Assembly (NCBI GenBank): GCA_040954595.2
Contig: CM082587.2
Location: 11,227,403-11,291,402 of the forward strand
Direction: 5' to 3'
Source of the DNA: Balanoglossus misakiensis
Taxonomy: Eukaryota; Animalia; Hemichordata
DNA: 64,000 nucleotides
Shown: piece by piece, positions 13,300 through 25,983 of the stretch
Numbering within the stretch: the first letter of the stretch is position 1
Layout of the letters: each line of letters begins with the position of its first letter
Position numbers and translations under genes: made by a program
Notes under the pieces: generated by a model
The model's database searches: none
Told to the model about the DNA's origin: nothing
What the model saw: only the letters and a program-made list of their open reading frames with translations

Positions 13300-13490
13300 C
13301 CTACAAATATTATACCCTGAGTTTACGATTCACCAACACCTACAAGATTGGCCAATTTGTTCCCCTTTTGTAGTTTTTGTTATATACCAGGAACCACGAT
13401 GGGTGTCCAAGAAATAAACGGTGGGAATAAACAAAAAAATCCGAAAGATATGAATTTCAATGAAAACTATCCCACCGCTGCCACCAAATA

Positions 13491-14479
13491 TGTCACAAGG
13501 TAAGATACAAGGGATGATACTGAGCAGTATCAGGTAGCTTTTCCTTCAGACCATGTGACTGGGTTCTTGTGTGCTGGGGACCCCTTACTACGGGAATCGT
13601 AAAACTCAGAAACGTTATTACGTTTATGCATAGACTATTTATTCAACTTGCAGAAATGTATCGATGGATCCAATAAATTGTACAGGGACAGCCACTATAG
13701 ACAAAATACCAGTGGACTGTATGCACAGTAAAGAAATATTACACAAAACACAAACACAAAGACATGAAACGGTACAAACATGACAAAGACATTAACAGGT
13801 GGTTATCGAACGGTTGTCCTACCCTTGCTAAGAAAGATTGTTGAGTTCAGTGAGTTCAGTAGTGACAATGTTCCGGGAAATGGGTCGCAGAATATATCAG
13901 TCGTTCCAGTTTCATCGAGAAGATGGTTTATCCGTGGCCGCACAGGATGTCTCGTATCACACTTGGTGGAAAACTCCGTCACCGTGGTAGTTTCGCCATA
14001 CAGGCCTGGCAGTCAGATTCTGGTAGGATTACACACACAGTGCCTCAGTGCTACCGCTGGCTGTCATGTCAGTCTCCCCCTCAAGAATGGGCACGCAGCC
14101 TTTTATACCACCTTCCAGGTGCATTGCTGTACATATTTTCTACAATAATTTATTCAGAATGATTGTCCACTGTTCTCCACTGTCTATTGTTTTCGTTTCT
14201 CCCCGAATTATCACCTCCGAATTATTCATGCAAACCAAATCAGTGCAGAGATTATGTAATCCAGGGCTGGTGAATTGTCCATGCGCAGTTATTCACACTG
14301 GTGGTGTGTCATAGCAGAGTTCATTTTGTCAAAGCCGTCCGATGGTAATATGTGTAACTGACTGTCTAACCACCTCAGACAAGTAGACGTGCAGCAAATC
14401 CTAACTAACATTTAACCACCACACAAAAACAACACTGGACACACAAGACAACACACAACCCTATAGACACTTTGTGACA
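13491..14479 (-). repeat. 5' LTR (989 bp) of the Gmr1-like Gypsy
   Basis: TG...CA ends with an 8-bp inverted repeat. The adjacent atcccaccgctgccacca is the tRNA-Leu 3' end, i.e. the PBS on the minus strand. Confidence 0.92.
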
Positions 14480-15382
14480 CAAAAAATACCTGTTTTCTAC
14501 ATTTTCGGATATCTGATGGAGTATAGAATGCTCTTCGTATGTATATATCGATACAAATTGCACAAAAGACAGTCTAATTTGGCTCACTGCAGACAAAATT
14601 GCGTTTTACCAAATTTTCCTTGAAAATGTCATTTTTAGAAAAACAATTAAAACAAGCTTTAATTGTTCTTCGAATTCGGTGCCCTGATTATATATGACAT
14701 GTTGATTGTATGTTAAAAGTTTCGACCACTCCAAAAATGCAGAGATATAGACGGAATTCAAGAAAAAATAGCCATTTTGGCCATATTATGACAAAAATGG
14801 TAAATTTTTAAAAAAATCATAAAAAAATAACTCTTTTCTTCATTTTCGGAAATATTATGGAGCATGAAGTGTCGTTCTCTTGTAAAAAGTGCTGCAAATT
14901 CCAGAAAAGGCGGTATAATTTGAATCACCCAAGACAAAATTACCATTTTCGACTTTTTTTCGAAAAATTGTCTTTTTTACAAAATAAATAAGAATACATT
15001 CTTTTCTTAGTTTCAAACGGGTAGAGATACTTTCCACACGGGTTTTCTAACATTGAATTCCCGTTCATCAACTCAGATTTCCTACAGCATAAGTCGGCTA
15101 AAACCCTGACACTCTAGAGCAGAAACAGTTGCACACTGGTAACGTTGAACAAGTCGATTTTTCTACGGCCTGGCTCGGCTAAATCTCCGTCACAATATGA
15201 CAGACACTAGCGTACGTTAGCAACGGTGATCATGTCAGATTTTCTACGGCATGGCTTGGATAAAGCCCCGGCACTCTAGAGCAGACAAACGCGTACAGAG
15301 ACCACGTTGATCAAGTCTAATCTCCTACGGCTTGGCTCGACTAAAACCCCGGCACACTATGACAGACACTAGCGTTCGTTAG
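14480..15382 (-). repeat. Macrosatellite, reverse orientation
   Basis: Same sequence and orientation as 2270-3880. Confidence 0.92.
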
Positions 15383-15996
15383 CTGTATCACCCCAATATG
15401 TAATAATTAACTCAATATGTAATACTAACCCAATATGTAATAACACTTAACCCAAGATGTAACACTAACCCTATATGTAATAAACGTTAACCCAATATGT
15501 AATAACACCTTAACCCAATATGTAATAACGCTGCCCTAATGTATTTTAATGCTAAGCTAAATGAAATACACCAAATCAATATGAAATTATATCTGTATAT
15601 GTATTAGAAACCTTACTAAACATGTTTTAAAACTAAACTCAATATGTAATAACGGTGGCTTGTATTTTTATACGAGGGGGGGGGGGGGGGTACATTTGTC
15701 TTTCTGGGAAAAGACCATAATATTATTTTGTAAATAAAGGGTGCGAAACTGGGTTCACATACTTATGCCACAAAACTTGTGCTTTTGAGTCCACAAAATG
15801 CAGTTTCGCACCATTTATTTTACAAAATTTTCTAATCCCCAGCGTACCCCCGGGGCCTCCCCACCTCGGGTGATACGGGACAAATGTGGCGAATTAGCCC
15901 GGTGGTTGCAGTCCCCTACTGGGTGGATCCGTATACTAACAGCCGATAGTAATAGTTTTGCGAAATATAGCATAAAGCTAGAGGTTCAAACAGCAA
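15383..15996. mobile_element. Rearranged partial copy of the TIR element at 38552-40278, located at the satellite inversion point
   Basis: 15383-15728 is an inverted copy of ~39953-40278, and 15751-15996 is a direct copy of 39533-39778. Confidence 0.85.
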
Positions 15997-18537
15997 AATT
16001 GTTTTTCTAAAAATGACATTTTCAAGGAAAATTTGGTAAAACGCAATTTTGTCTGCAGTGAGCCAAATTAGACTGTCTTTTGTGCAATTTGTATCGATAT
16101 ATACATACGAAGAGCATTCTATACTCCATCAGATATCCGAAAATGTAGAAAACAGTTATTTTTCGTAATTTTCAAAAATTTACCATTTTTGACCAAAATG
16201 TGGCTAAAATGGTTATTTTCGTCTTGAATGCCGCCAGTGTCACTGCTTTTAAGAGTCATAAAAACTTTTAACATACAAGCAATTGTTTATATGTGATCAG
16301 GTCACCGAATTAAAAAAATAAAGAATGTTTTGCCTAAAAATGACATATTTGGTGCAAAAACGAATAAAACGCAATTTTGTATTAAATCAGCTCATTCAGA
16401 GTGCATTTTTTATAATCAGCACCATTTTTACATATAATGGAAATTTCATACATCATCAGATATCCAAATATGAAAAAATGATTTAGATTTTAGGTGATTG
16501 TCCAAAATTAGCTGATATCTAATAAATGTAGTATTGAACCGTTCTGTTTCCACCCCCCCCCCCTACATTATATGTGGTACGCCGATGTCAGCTTACCCGG
16601 CAGTACTGAAGGCCGTGCCCCCAACTAACGTCGGTGTTTGAAACGCCCTGGTTAAATTCGGGCTTTCTCTATAAATTGACAGGCAATAATGCAGTAATAC
16701 CCGAACAAATGTCGAGTGATGACCCGCTGTGACTTTCCCTCTTCGGTTTGCCCGACTTAGCCAACGTCTTTGTACTAGAGTGTCGGGTCTTTTGCAGAGC
16801 CAGGCCGAAGGAAATCCGACTTGATCACCGTTGCTAACGAACGCTAGTGTCTGTCATGGTGTGCCGGGGTTTTAGTCGAGCCAAGCCGTAGGAGATCTGA
16901 CTTGATAATCGTGGTCAATGTACGCGTGTTTCCGCTCTAAAGTGCCGGGGCTTCAGCTAAACCAGGCCGTAGGAAATCCGACGTAATCATCGTTGATAAC
17001 TTAGGCAAGTCTGTGTCATATAGAGCCGGTGCACCAGCCGAGTCACGCCGTAGGAAATCTGACTTGATCAACGTTGATAACGAACGCTAGTGTCTGTCAT
17101 AGTGTGCCGGGGTTTTAGTCGAGCCAAGCAGTAGGAGATCAGACTTGATCAACGTGGTCACTGTACGCGTGTTTCTGCTCTAGAGTGCCGGGGCTTTATC
17201 CAAGCCATGCCGTAGAAAATCTGACTTGATCACCGTTGCTAACGTACGCTAGTGTCTGTCATATTGTGACGGAGATTTAGCCGAGCCAGGCCGTAGAAAA
17301 ATCGACTTGTTCAACGTTACCAGTGTGCAACTGTTTCTGCTGTAGAATGTCAGGGTTTTAGCCGACTTATGCTGTAGGAAATCTGAGTTGATGAACGGGA
17401 ATTCAATGTTAGAAAACCCGTGTGGAAAGTATCTCTACCCGTTTGAAACTAAGAAAAGAATTTATTCTTATTTATTTTGTAAAAAAGACAATTTTTCGAA
17501 AAAAAGTCGAAAATGGTAATTTTGTCTTGGGTGATTCAAATTATACCGCCTTTTCTGGAATTTGCAGCACTTTTTACAAGAGAACGACACTGCATGCTCC
17601 ATAATATTTCCGAAAATGAAGAAAAGAGTTAATTTTTTATGATTTTTTTTTTAAATTTACCATTTTTTGTCAAAATATGGCCAAAATGGCTATTGTTTCT
17701 TGAATTCCGTCAATATCTCTGCATTTTTGGAGTGGTCGAAAGTTTTAACATACAATCAACATGTCATATATGATCAGGGCACCCAATTCGAAGAACAAAG
17801 GTTTTTTTAGCCAACGTCTTTGTACTAGAGTGTCGGGTCTTTTGCAGAGCCCGGCCGAATGAAATCCGACTTGATCACCGTTGCTAACGAACGCTAGTGT
17901 CTGTCATGGTGTGCCGAGGTTTTAGTCGAGCCAAGCCGTAGGAGATCTGACTTGATAATCGTGGTCAATGTACGCGTGTTTCCGCTCTAAAGTGCCGGGG
18001 CTTCAGCTAAACCAGGCCGTAGGAAATCCGACGTAATCACCGTTGATAACTTACGCCAGTCTGTGTCCTATATATAGTGCCGGGGCATCAGCCGTGCCAG
18101 GCCGAAGGACATGTGAGTAGATCAACGTGGTCTCTGTACGCGTGTTTCTGCTCTAGAGTGCCAGGGCTTTAGCCAAGCCATGCCGTAGGAAATCTGACTT
18201 GATCAACGTTGCTAACGAACGCTAGTGACTGTCGTAGTGTGCCGGGGTTTTAGTCGAGCCAAGCCGTAGGAGATCAGACTTGATGAACGTGGTCTCTGTA
18301 CGCGTGTTTCTGCTCTAGAGTGCCGGGGCTTTAGCCAAGCCATGCCGTAGGAAATCTGACTTGATCAACGTTGCTAACGAACGCTAGTGACTGTCATAGT
18401 GTGCCGGGGTTTTAGTCGAGTCACGCCGTAGGAAATCTGACTTGATCAACGTGGTCAATGTTCGCCTGTTTCTACTCTAGAGTGCCGGGGCTTCAGCTGA
18501 GCCAGGCCGTAGGAAACCCGACGTGATTACCGTTGTT
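15997..18537 (+). repeat. Macrosatellite, forward orientation
   Basis: Same orientation as 54073-64000. It includes a deletion junction at ~17808. Confidence 0.92.
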
Positions 18538-18819
18538 GTTCTGTACTGTTGCTGTTAATAAAATGTTATGACAATCCCTCATTGTACTACATGTAATACT
18601 TAACGGTAAGTACAATATCATGCACATCCCTTGCTTTTTAGTAAAATGACATGCCTTCCCCTAGTTCTGTACTATAACTGTTAGTCAAATGTCATGTCCA
18701 ACACTCACTTTGTACTATAAGTTACCAATAATAAAAATGTCATGCCCTCCCTGCTTCTCGATAGTTGTTAATAAAATGTTACTCCCACCCCAAGGGTAGT
18801 AATGGTACTTGAACTGTTA

Positions 18820-21181
18820 ATACACAACTCGTCACAGATAGTACAATAGATTTAGCGGTTGAAATTTTAGAGAGCAACCTCATTTTGAGGTGATATTTTT
18901 GGGGTGGGGTGATATCAACCTATTGAACTCTCGGCATGATAGCAGAAATTTCACTCGACTTCGTCTCGTGATATTTCAGCCATCATGCCTCGAAAATGAA
19001 TATTTGGCGGTACGGTCGTGATATTGACTCTCGGCTACGCCTCGAGACAATATCACGACCTATCTCCAAATAAAAATGCAGACAAAACTACAAAATGTAA
19101 CATTTAAACATCTTAATATTTATTCAATTACATTCAATTTCTATTTTTGAATATGGAATATACAGTTGTTGTAAACCACATTGGACTTGACGTTGCTGGA
19201 GATTTCATGTTGTTTGACGTCGGTATTATCACTTTTAATTGGGGTTTCGCGATGGCTTTTGGTTGCAGCTGGACCATTTAAGATGTCAATCACCCTCTTC
19301 TGTTGTTCCTGACTCGAACGCTTGTAATTACGAACACCTTGAAATGTAAACAATAAATCAGTAAATCAAGAGATCATAAAGTGCATTTACTTTTTAAAAC
19401 TGTTTTGAAAAAAGGAGATACATGTACTCGCCTTCTACAGAACGATGTCCTGTGCGTTCCATAATTTACTGTTCATCAACTCCGTTTTGGAAAAGGCTCG
19501 TAGCAGCTGTAGCTCTCAGGCCGTGATTGGTAAAGTGACCATTTATCCCAGCTGCTCTAAATAGTTCAGGTACCACAGGTTGCAGGGAGTTGTGGCCCAT
19601 AGCCTGTTTGCTGAACCACACCTTCGACGATTCTTCGTATTTTCGCAAGGGTTGCAAGTAAAACGTACTCTTGTTCGCATTTGGTGGACACAGCGAAACG
19701 TATTTTTTATATAGCCGAACATGACATCTCGCTGGATTATCAGTATTTGCATAATGTTTCACTTCCTTTCGACGAACTTTCATGTGTTTTAGTCCACCTT
19801 GGTTGCTTTTTGACACGTCTTCCACGTATAGCAGATACGGAGTGTCCCCATCAGGTTCACGCAAAGTAATCTGAGGTGGGTCAAAGCGAAGCGCACGGTG
19901 TTCCTGTCCACTTCTGAGGGCAAAATGTTTCCCATTCAAGAATACCATTGTGCGGACAAGAACCCTGGGGGAATGGTCGCCTGGTAGTTTCATTTTCCAC
20001 AGTAAATCGATTTGCTCAGTAGATATTGCCTCAGCCTGTTTCTTGTTTGTTCCGATACCAATGCTAGACAGTCTCTTCATCTCTGCATCAAGAACCTGAC
20101 GGAAACCAACAAATTCTTGGTCGGCAAGAAAGTTTGTCCGGGTTTGTCTTTCGAAACATACATAACTTTGCAAGCCCATTATCAATGAGAGTACAGTTTT
20201 TGGTGGGTAGGGGTGTCCGTCGACTTTCCTCGCCTCCAGTACAAACTTGCTAAGCCAATACTGCAAATCGTCTGTGGACATCGTTTCTATACTACGAGTT
20301 ATCTTCACTTTCTCATCAGTTGACGACTCGACGCGAGTATTATTTCGGGCCATGGCCCATTCGTTGAAAGTCCGTAGCGCCCACATATTACGGCGTTGAG
20401 TATTCTTGGGAATGGAATTTTTTGCAACCCCCTGTACGCAGGAATCCGACACTGGGTCAGCAAACCGCCCTCTGGGAATGTCCTTTAACGAAATAAAAAA
20501 TGATTCAATATACATTCTTACTTGCATGTTCAACGACAACGTACACGATAAAAAGGTGAAAATGGCGGAATGAATAAAAGAATTCGTGACTCACCGAAGG
20601 AATGCTCCTGACTGCTATATCGATATTTTCGAAGCCAAGCTCGTTCAAATATTCTGCTGCTTGTGAGGCTTCAATTAACTCTTCATCAGAGATATCAGAA
20701 AAATCGGGATACACCTCATGCGCCATGCTGCCACTATGACACGTTCAGGTAGAAAGAAATTGTGCCTCGTGGCCGTGCATTTATATTATAAGATATGCCA
20801 TTGTGCATGTGTAAAACATGCACAGCCAATACAATTGGAAGAAACATTGCATGTGAGCTTATTACTAAACAATAATTGGTTGAACTAGGCAATATATGCA
20901 TCCCAGGTGCAAAACGCTGAATAATTAAATACTTTCCGTAAGTAGGACCATACCATTTTGAAAGTTAGGCTGATATCAACCGCTTAGGGTCCATACAAAA
21001 GATTTTTAAACACTGTATTGTCGGTTGAGGGGTGTTTACTTGTAGAGGGGCCTGCACCTTTCACTCGTTGTGTATGTTAAATATCGTATGACTACTTCGG
21101 CGTCATCCATAATATCAACCTCGGACTTCGTCCTCGGTTGATATTATGGATGTCGCCTCGTTAGTCATACGATATATATAC
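18820..21181 (-). mobile_element. Crypton (tyrosine-recombinase DNA transposon), 2362 bp
   Basis: The boundaries come from the empty site gaactgtta|gtaaaata at ~22143-22159. There is no TSD, and atac is present at both element ends. Subterminal hairpins lie at 18929-18993, 19002-19071 and 21081-21175. A DUF3504-type YR gene with introns is inside. Confidence 0.88.
19141..20726 (-). pseudogene. Crypton tyrosine recombinase (DUF3504 / ZMYM-KCTD1-like), 3 exons: 20726-20595, 20482-19432, 19337-19141; ~459 aa; one premature stop at 19466-19468
   Basis: Catalytic motifs ALRSGQEH, NHGLRAT, TGHRS and RNYKR; also EARKVDGHPYPP and C-terminal YNNCIF. Intron 1 is GT-AG phase 0 and intron 2 is GC-AG phase 1; both join in frame. 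Confidence 0.88.
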
Positions 21182-24046
21182 GTAAAATATCATGCCCATG
21201 TTCCTAGTTATGAACTGAAACGTTTAGGCTAATCAACTGTAATGGTCATGTACTTGGTTTAGTAAAATGTCTGCCAATGTCTTGCGTAGTTCTACAACTC
21301 ATAATAAAATGCCATGCCCTCCCCTAGTTCCGTACTGTAGGGGTCAATAAAACGCATTATCTGGCCACCCTAGCTCTTAAGTTGATCGTATGCCATGCCG
21401 AAACCTAGTTCTGTATTGTGACTTAGAGCTTAGATGGTCCTATAAAGCTTATTAAACTTGTGCACACTTCAAATAGGCCGAAAATGTCATGTGTACCGAC
21501 TGATAATAAACTGTCATTTCATACCAGCTATGCACTCAAAAAAATGACGTGGCATTAACACTAGAGGACGTGTACTGATCTGAGTGAATCAGATCCCGTG
21601 AGGAGTACGGTGCCCAGAGTACACGTGTACTAGTAGAGAAATGCCAAGTGTTGCTACATCTTCGCGCTTCGCCCGCCAAGGTCGCCATGCCCATCCCCTT
21701 GCTGTGTTAATTGATAATAAAATGTCGTACCCTGCCCTTGTTCTGTACTGTTGCTGTTAATAAAATGTTATGACAATCCCTCATTGTACTACATGTAATA
21801 CTTAAGTGTAAGTACAATATCATGCACATCCCTTGCTTTTTAGTAAAATGACATGCCTTCCCCTTGTTCTGTACTTTTGCTGTTAATAAAATGTTATGAC
21901 AATCCCTCATTGTACTACATGTAATACTTAACGGTAGGTACAATATCATGCACATCCCTTGCTTTTTAGTAAAATGCCATGCCTTCCCCTAGTTCTGTAC
22001 TATAACTGTTAGTCAAATGTCATGTGCAACACTCACTTTGTACTATAAGTTACCAATAATAAAAATGTCATGCCCTCCCTGCTTCTCTATAGTTGTTAAT
22101 AAACTGTTACTCCCACCCCAAGGGTTGTTTGTACTGGTACTTGAACTGTTAGTAAAATACCATGCCCATGTTCCTAGTTATGAACTGAAACGTTTAGGCT
22201 AATCAACTGTAATGCTCATGTACTCGGTTTAGTTAAATGTCTGCCAATGTCTTGCGTAGTTCTACAACTGATAATAAAATGCCATGCCCTCCCCTAGTTC
22301 CGTACTGTAGGGGTCAATAAAACGCATTATCTGGCCACCCCTAGCTCTTAAGTTGATCGTATGCCATGCCGAAACCTAGTTCTGTATTGTGACTTAGAGC
22401 TTAGATGGTCCTATAAAGCTTATAAAACTTGTGCACACTCCAAATTGGCCGAAAATGTCATGTGTACCGACTGATAATAAACTGTCATTTCATCCCAGCT
22501 ATGCACTCAAAAAATGACGTGGCATTAAACACTAGAAGACGTGTACTGATCTGAGTGAATCAGATCCCGTGAGGAGTACGGTGCCCAGAGTACACGTGTA
22601 CTAGTAGAGAAATGCCAGGTGTTGCTACATCTTCGCGCTTCGCCAGCCATTGCTCTCCGGAAAATAGGAGACTGCATGTAGTTGAGCGAGCACGTGCGAA
22701 CGGACGATGGTGTTGCTACCGTCGACTAGGCGAATGAAGACACAGCGCTAATACTAGTGTCTGTCACGACTATCACACCAAAACTGTCCTTTACTGTAAA
22801 TATAAAAAAGCTATTCAAGTCGGAGGAGTCTTTCCACTAGTCTTCGATATCGAGGAGCCATTTGTATCTGCATAAATTTGCATTTCCAGTCTCGTTCGCG
22901 GATGACTTGTTTGTATTTGTCAAAGGCGAGTTAGGCACGTGCTTAGTTTTTTGGGTAATCGTAATCGTCCATGGTAACTTATTTGTCTATTACATATTTT
23001 AATGTCATCTTTCTTATCAAGCCTTGATGTAAATACATGTTATTTTCGTAAACACCACGGGTTCACAGAGTTTTGCTTCCAGGATGTCTGCAGTTGAATA
23101 CAGCACACACATCTGCTTCTTGCCCCAATGTCAGAGAGTGTAGCAATACATAATGTATGGTAATTACGTATACGTCCCTTTCTCAGATCAAAATCATTTA
23201 AGTTAACAAAATAATGGTAAGTACATTAAAAATTAAATGGGGGACGAGATAAGGGTGAAGCAATAGTATTTCAAATAAAATAAAATCTAAAATACATGTG
23301 AAATCCTGGTTTGTCCTCATTAAACTAATTCTCGTGATCGTTCTCTCTATTGAACCCAACAGTAAATAAAAATACAAAAAGGTAAGCCAGTCCGGCCAGT
23401 GCTAACTTGGTCTGACTGGTACGCTGGAAAGGGAAATCGTCAGACAGCACTATTTTCAGGACAAGATGTCAATTATGTTTGTGCTACCGGTGGATGCAAT
23501 GGTCCTCTCATTGTATTATAGAGCTAACTATATTTACGAAATTCGCATAGCAATGCTATGTTTCGGCTTTACAACCTGAAGCCAGAGTTTGAAGCAATGA
23601 GGAAGGCTGTTGTTATGTTGACCTTCCAAATTTTTGGCCAATTGAGAAAATTATTCGGCACATCAAGGGAGAATTCCCAATAATCTCTGCCGGAACAGTT
23701 GAAAAAGGACAAATCTATCGCATATGTCCCAAAATGTCCCTGGCTAATTGGGCTGTGGAGACCGGCTGCATAAATGGGTTGTCACCTCAGACGAAATCAT
23801 TTACGGTGCGAAGTGTAATTAGCGTGCGCTTGGGCCCTAAAAAATGCCAGTAATACCACAGACAAAGATAATTGGTTCCTTATCCCCACTGCGTAGTATG
23901 TTTTCGTATGTATTCAAAGCCTCATTACGCAGCGATATCTTTACGCATCTCATAAATATTTATAAGGCATGAGTATAAATAGGGCAACATAATTGGTACA
24001 CTTAGTTTGTCACTCGATAACGGAGGAGAAACAGTAACACGACAGA

Positions 24047-25827
24047 ATGGATCGTCCTAACACTGTAGCAGATGCAACCAGGTCTTTTGCTTCGGCTTTG
24101 TCCCGTCCTTCAATTTCTGGTAATGCTGCTACTCAGGTATCGACTCAAGACAATCCTGGTGCTGTGAGGACTCCGGCTCAAAACCCTTCTACCAGCGCAC
24201 AAGTTCCTACACCTGTAGTAGTTACTGAAACAACCTCTAAAGAATCTGAATCTCAGGTGAGACTCAATATCATGTGTTTCTTTCATTCTGTTCAAGTTTT
24301 ACATTGCCTGATTGTCGAGTTACCCCTTTTTATCGTGCATATGCGGTCGGCCAAGTTTCAATGTTTCTGGGGTTACGTTGAGACACGGTTATTTGTTATC
24401 TTCGTTGAGAACATGAGTTTTCAGTTTTTGAACTGTTTGGTTTTTTAATTCGATCGTAGTCGTTCTGTGTACGTTGTTTCATTTTTTTTTCTCTCTCTTT
24501 GTTCCATTGGTGTGTGCGATAAGTTTGAAAATTTTTCGATTTTGCAATTCTCCTTAGCGCCTGTTTTATTTTATTTTCTTGTTAGTAATTATTTTGTAGC
24601 ATACCTTTGTATTCTGTCTTGTCGTATTCTTATTTTTTCCTTTTCCTTTTCATTCAGTTTTCTCTTTTGTTTTTTGTATACATGTGGTTGTTATATAGCG
24701 GCTTGTTACATGTGCTTTTAGGTGTTGTAGATTAGCGTTTTATACTTTTTGTTAGTAGTTTTTTCCTTTCCTTAGTTATGTCTTTGTTCACCTGTGCGAA
24801 GTTACGGTTTTTGCTCAGCGTTACAGGGACACCATCTTTATTTCCCTCCATTTTTACTTTTTTTTTAACTGTAATTTTGCTTACGTTGAGGGACGCAACT
24901 AGCGGTCTTGCTTTGTAAAATTTGCATACGTTGAGGTATGCAACAGGTGATCTTGCTCTGTGAAAATTTGCATACGCCGAGGTATGCAACAAGTGGTCTT
25001 GTTTTGTGAAAATTTGCATACGCTGAGGCATGCAACAAGTGGTCTTGCTTTGTGAAAATTTGCATACGCTGAGGTATGCAACATGTGGTCTTGCCGTGTA
25101 AAATTTGCATACGCTGAGGTATGCAACAAGTGGTCTTGCTTTGTAAAATTTTGCATACGTTGAGGTATGCAACAAGTAGTCTCGCTTTGTAAAATTTTGC
25201 ATACGTTGAGGTATGCAACAAGTGGTCTTGCTTTGTAAAATTTGCATACGCTGAGGTATGCAACAAGTGGTCTTGTTTAGTGAAAATGGTGCTAAGAAGG
25301 GTAATTGCATAACTTTAAAATGAAAAGAAGTGTTATGCTTGCTCACGTGTTGAAATAATTTATGCACTATTTTTCAGATGCCAGTGGCGTGTGCTTTGAA
25401 ACAATTGGAAGAAAAAGTGGAAAAGCTACAGAAAGCGGCAGACTCTGCGAATGTCGATGAAGCTCTGCAAAAAGTTATGGATATGGCACATTCTGGCGCA
25501 TCGAGATACGCTATCATCAATGCCCTGAGAGTGTTGGTAGACAGGGCTACCTTGGTGAATCACTCGAAACTTCAACGTTTCAGAGCTGTGCTAGCACAAT
25601 TTGAGAGTAATGATTTTGGGAGTGACGCGGGAAAGTTAGTCCTCCTTCTACTTGGCAACAAAGAGGAAGAAGAAATCGCGTCAAAAGTGGGCAAATTTCT
25701 AAAGAACACGCGCAGTTATTCTCGTCCTTATCAATTTCAACGCCCTCAAGGCAGAGGAAGAGACATTAAGTGTTACGTTTGTGGAAACAAAGGTCATATA
25801 GCCAGAAATTGTCCAGATAAGAAGTAG
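24047..25827 (+). CDS. gag: Gag-like protein with a C-terminal CCHC knuckle, predicted spliced (24047-24256 + 25378-25827, 219 aa)
   Basis: CYVCGNKGHIARNC. Donor CAG|GTGAGA follows exactly 70 codons, and the acceptor tatttttcag|ATG is in phase 0. Confidence 0.8.
24880..25285. repeat. 45-46-bp minisatellite (~9 copies) in the predicted gag intron
   Basis: Unit catacgctgaggtatgcaacaagtggtcttgctttgtaaaatttg, with the internal inverted repeat ttgcatac/gtatgcaa. Confidence 0.95.
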
Positions 25828-25942
25828 TCTGAATTATGATGGAATGACTGACTTGTACAGAATTGTGAATTGGCCAGTTCAGATGTATTTGATTCTCACT
25901 TAGAGTGTCATTGTTATGAGTGTGTAAAAGATAATTTGCCTA

Positions 25943-25983
<41 letters not shown>

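Larger units (their letters stand above)
5873..14479 (-). mobile_element. Gypsy LTR retrotransposon, Gmr1-like (INT upstream of RT-RH), internally deleted and interrupted
   Basis: 5' LTR 13491-14479 (tgtcacaa...ttgtgaca); truncated 3' LTR 5873-6508; tRNA-Leu PBS at ~13469-13486 and PPT aaaggggagtag at 6509-6520, both on the minus strand; gag and pol remnants. Confidence 0.92.
18538..22645. repeat. Tandemly duplicated ~0.8-0.95-kb unclassified repeat built of degenerate ~45-bp subrepeats; the first copy is interrupted by the Crypton
   Basis: 18538-18819 plus 21182-21674 matches ~21860-22645. The motif ataaaatgtcatgccc..cctagttctgtact recurs, and both copies end ...gtacacgtgtactagtagagaaatgcc...cttcgcgcttcgcc. 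Confidence 0.8.

Noticed and set aside
13469-13486. tRNA gene (also 45132-45149)
   Set aside because: Only the 18-nt tRNA-Leu 3' complement is present next to an LTR, so these are primer-binding sites.
19141-20726. Host ZMYM/KCTD1/QRICH1 gene
   Set aside because: It is compact, retains the YR catalytic residues, is bounded by hairpins, and is absent from the duplicate copy of the flanking repeat, so it is a transposon.
21560-21635. Helitron 3' end (hairpin gatctga..tcagatc, then gtactag|t)
   Set aside because: The duplicated unit continues ~40 bp past the CTAG and no 5' TC end or A|T target could be fixed, so it is left unclassified.
22646-23874. Unique-looking 1.2-kb stretch as a possible gene or promoter
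   Set aside because: No ORF, RNA motif or terminal structure could be supported.
24732-25367. 211-aa, 133-aa and 85-aa repetitive ORFs (also the 266-aa ORF at 34189-34989)
   Set aside because: They are translations of minisatellites and are open in several frames.
25946-25980. Poly(A) tract as the tail of a retroposed insertion
   Set aside because: No TSD or SINE/LINE body is visible, so it is treated as a homopolymer in the gag-pol spacer.
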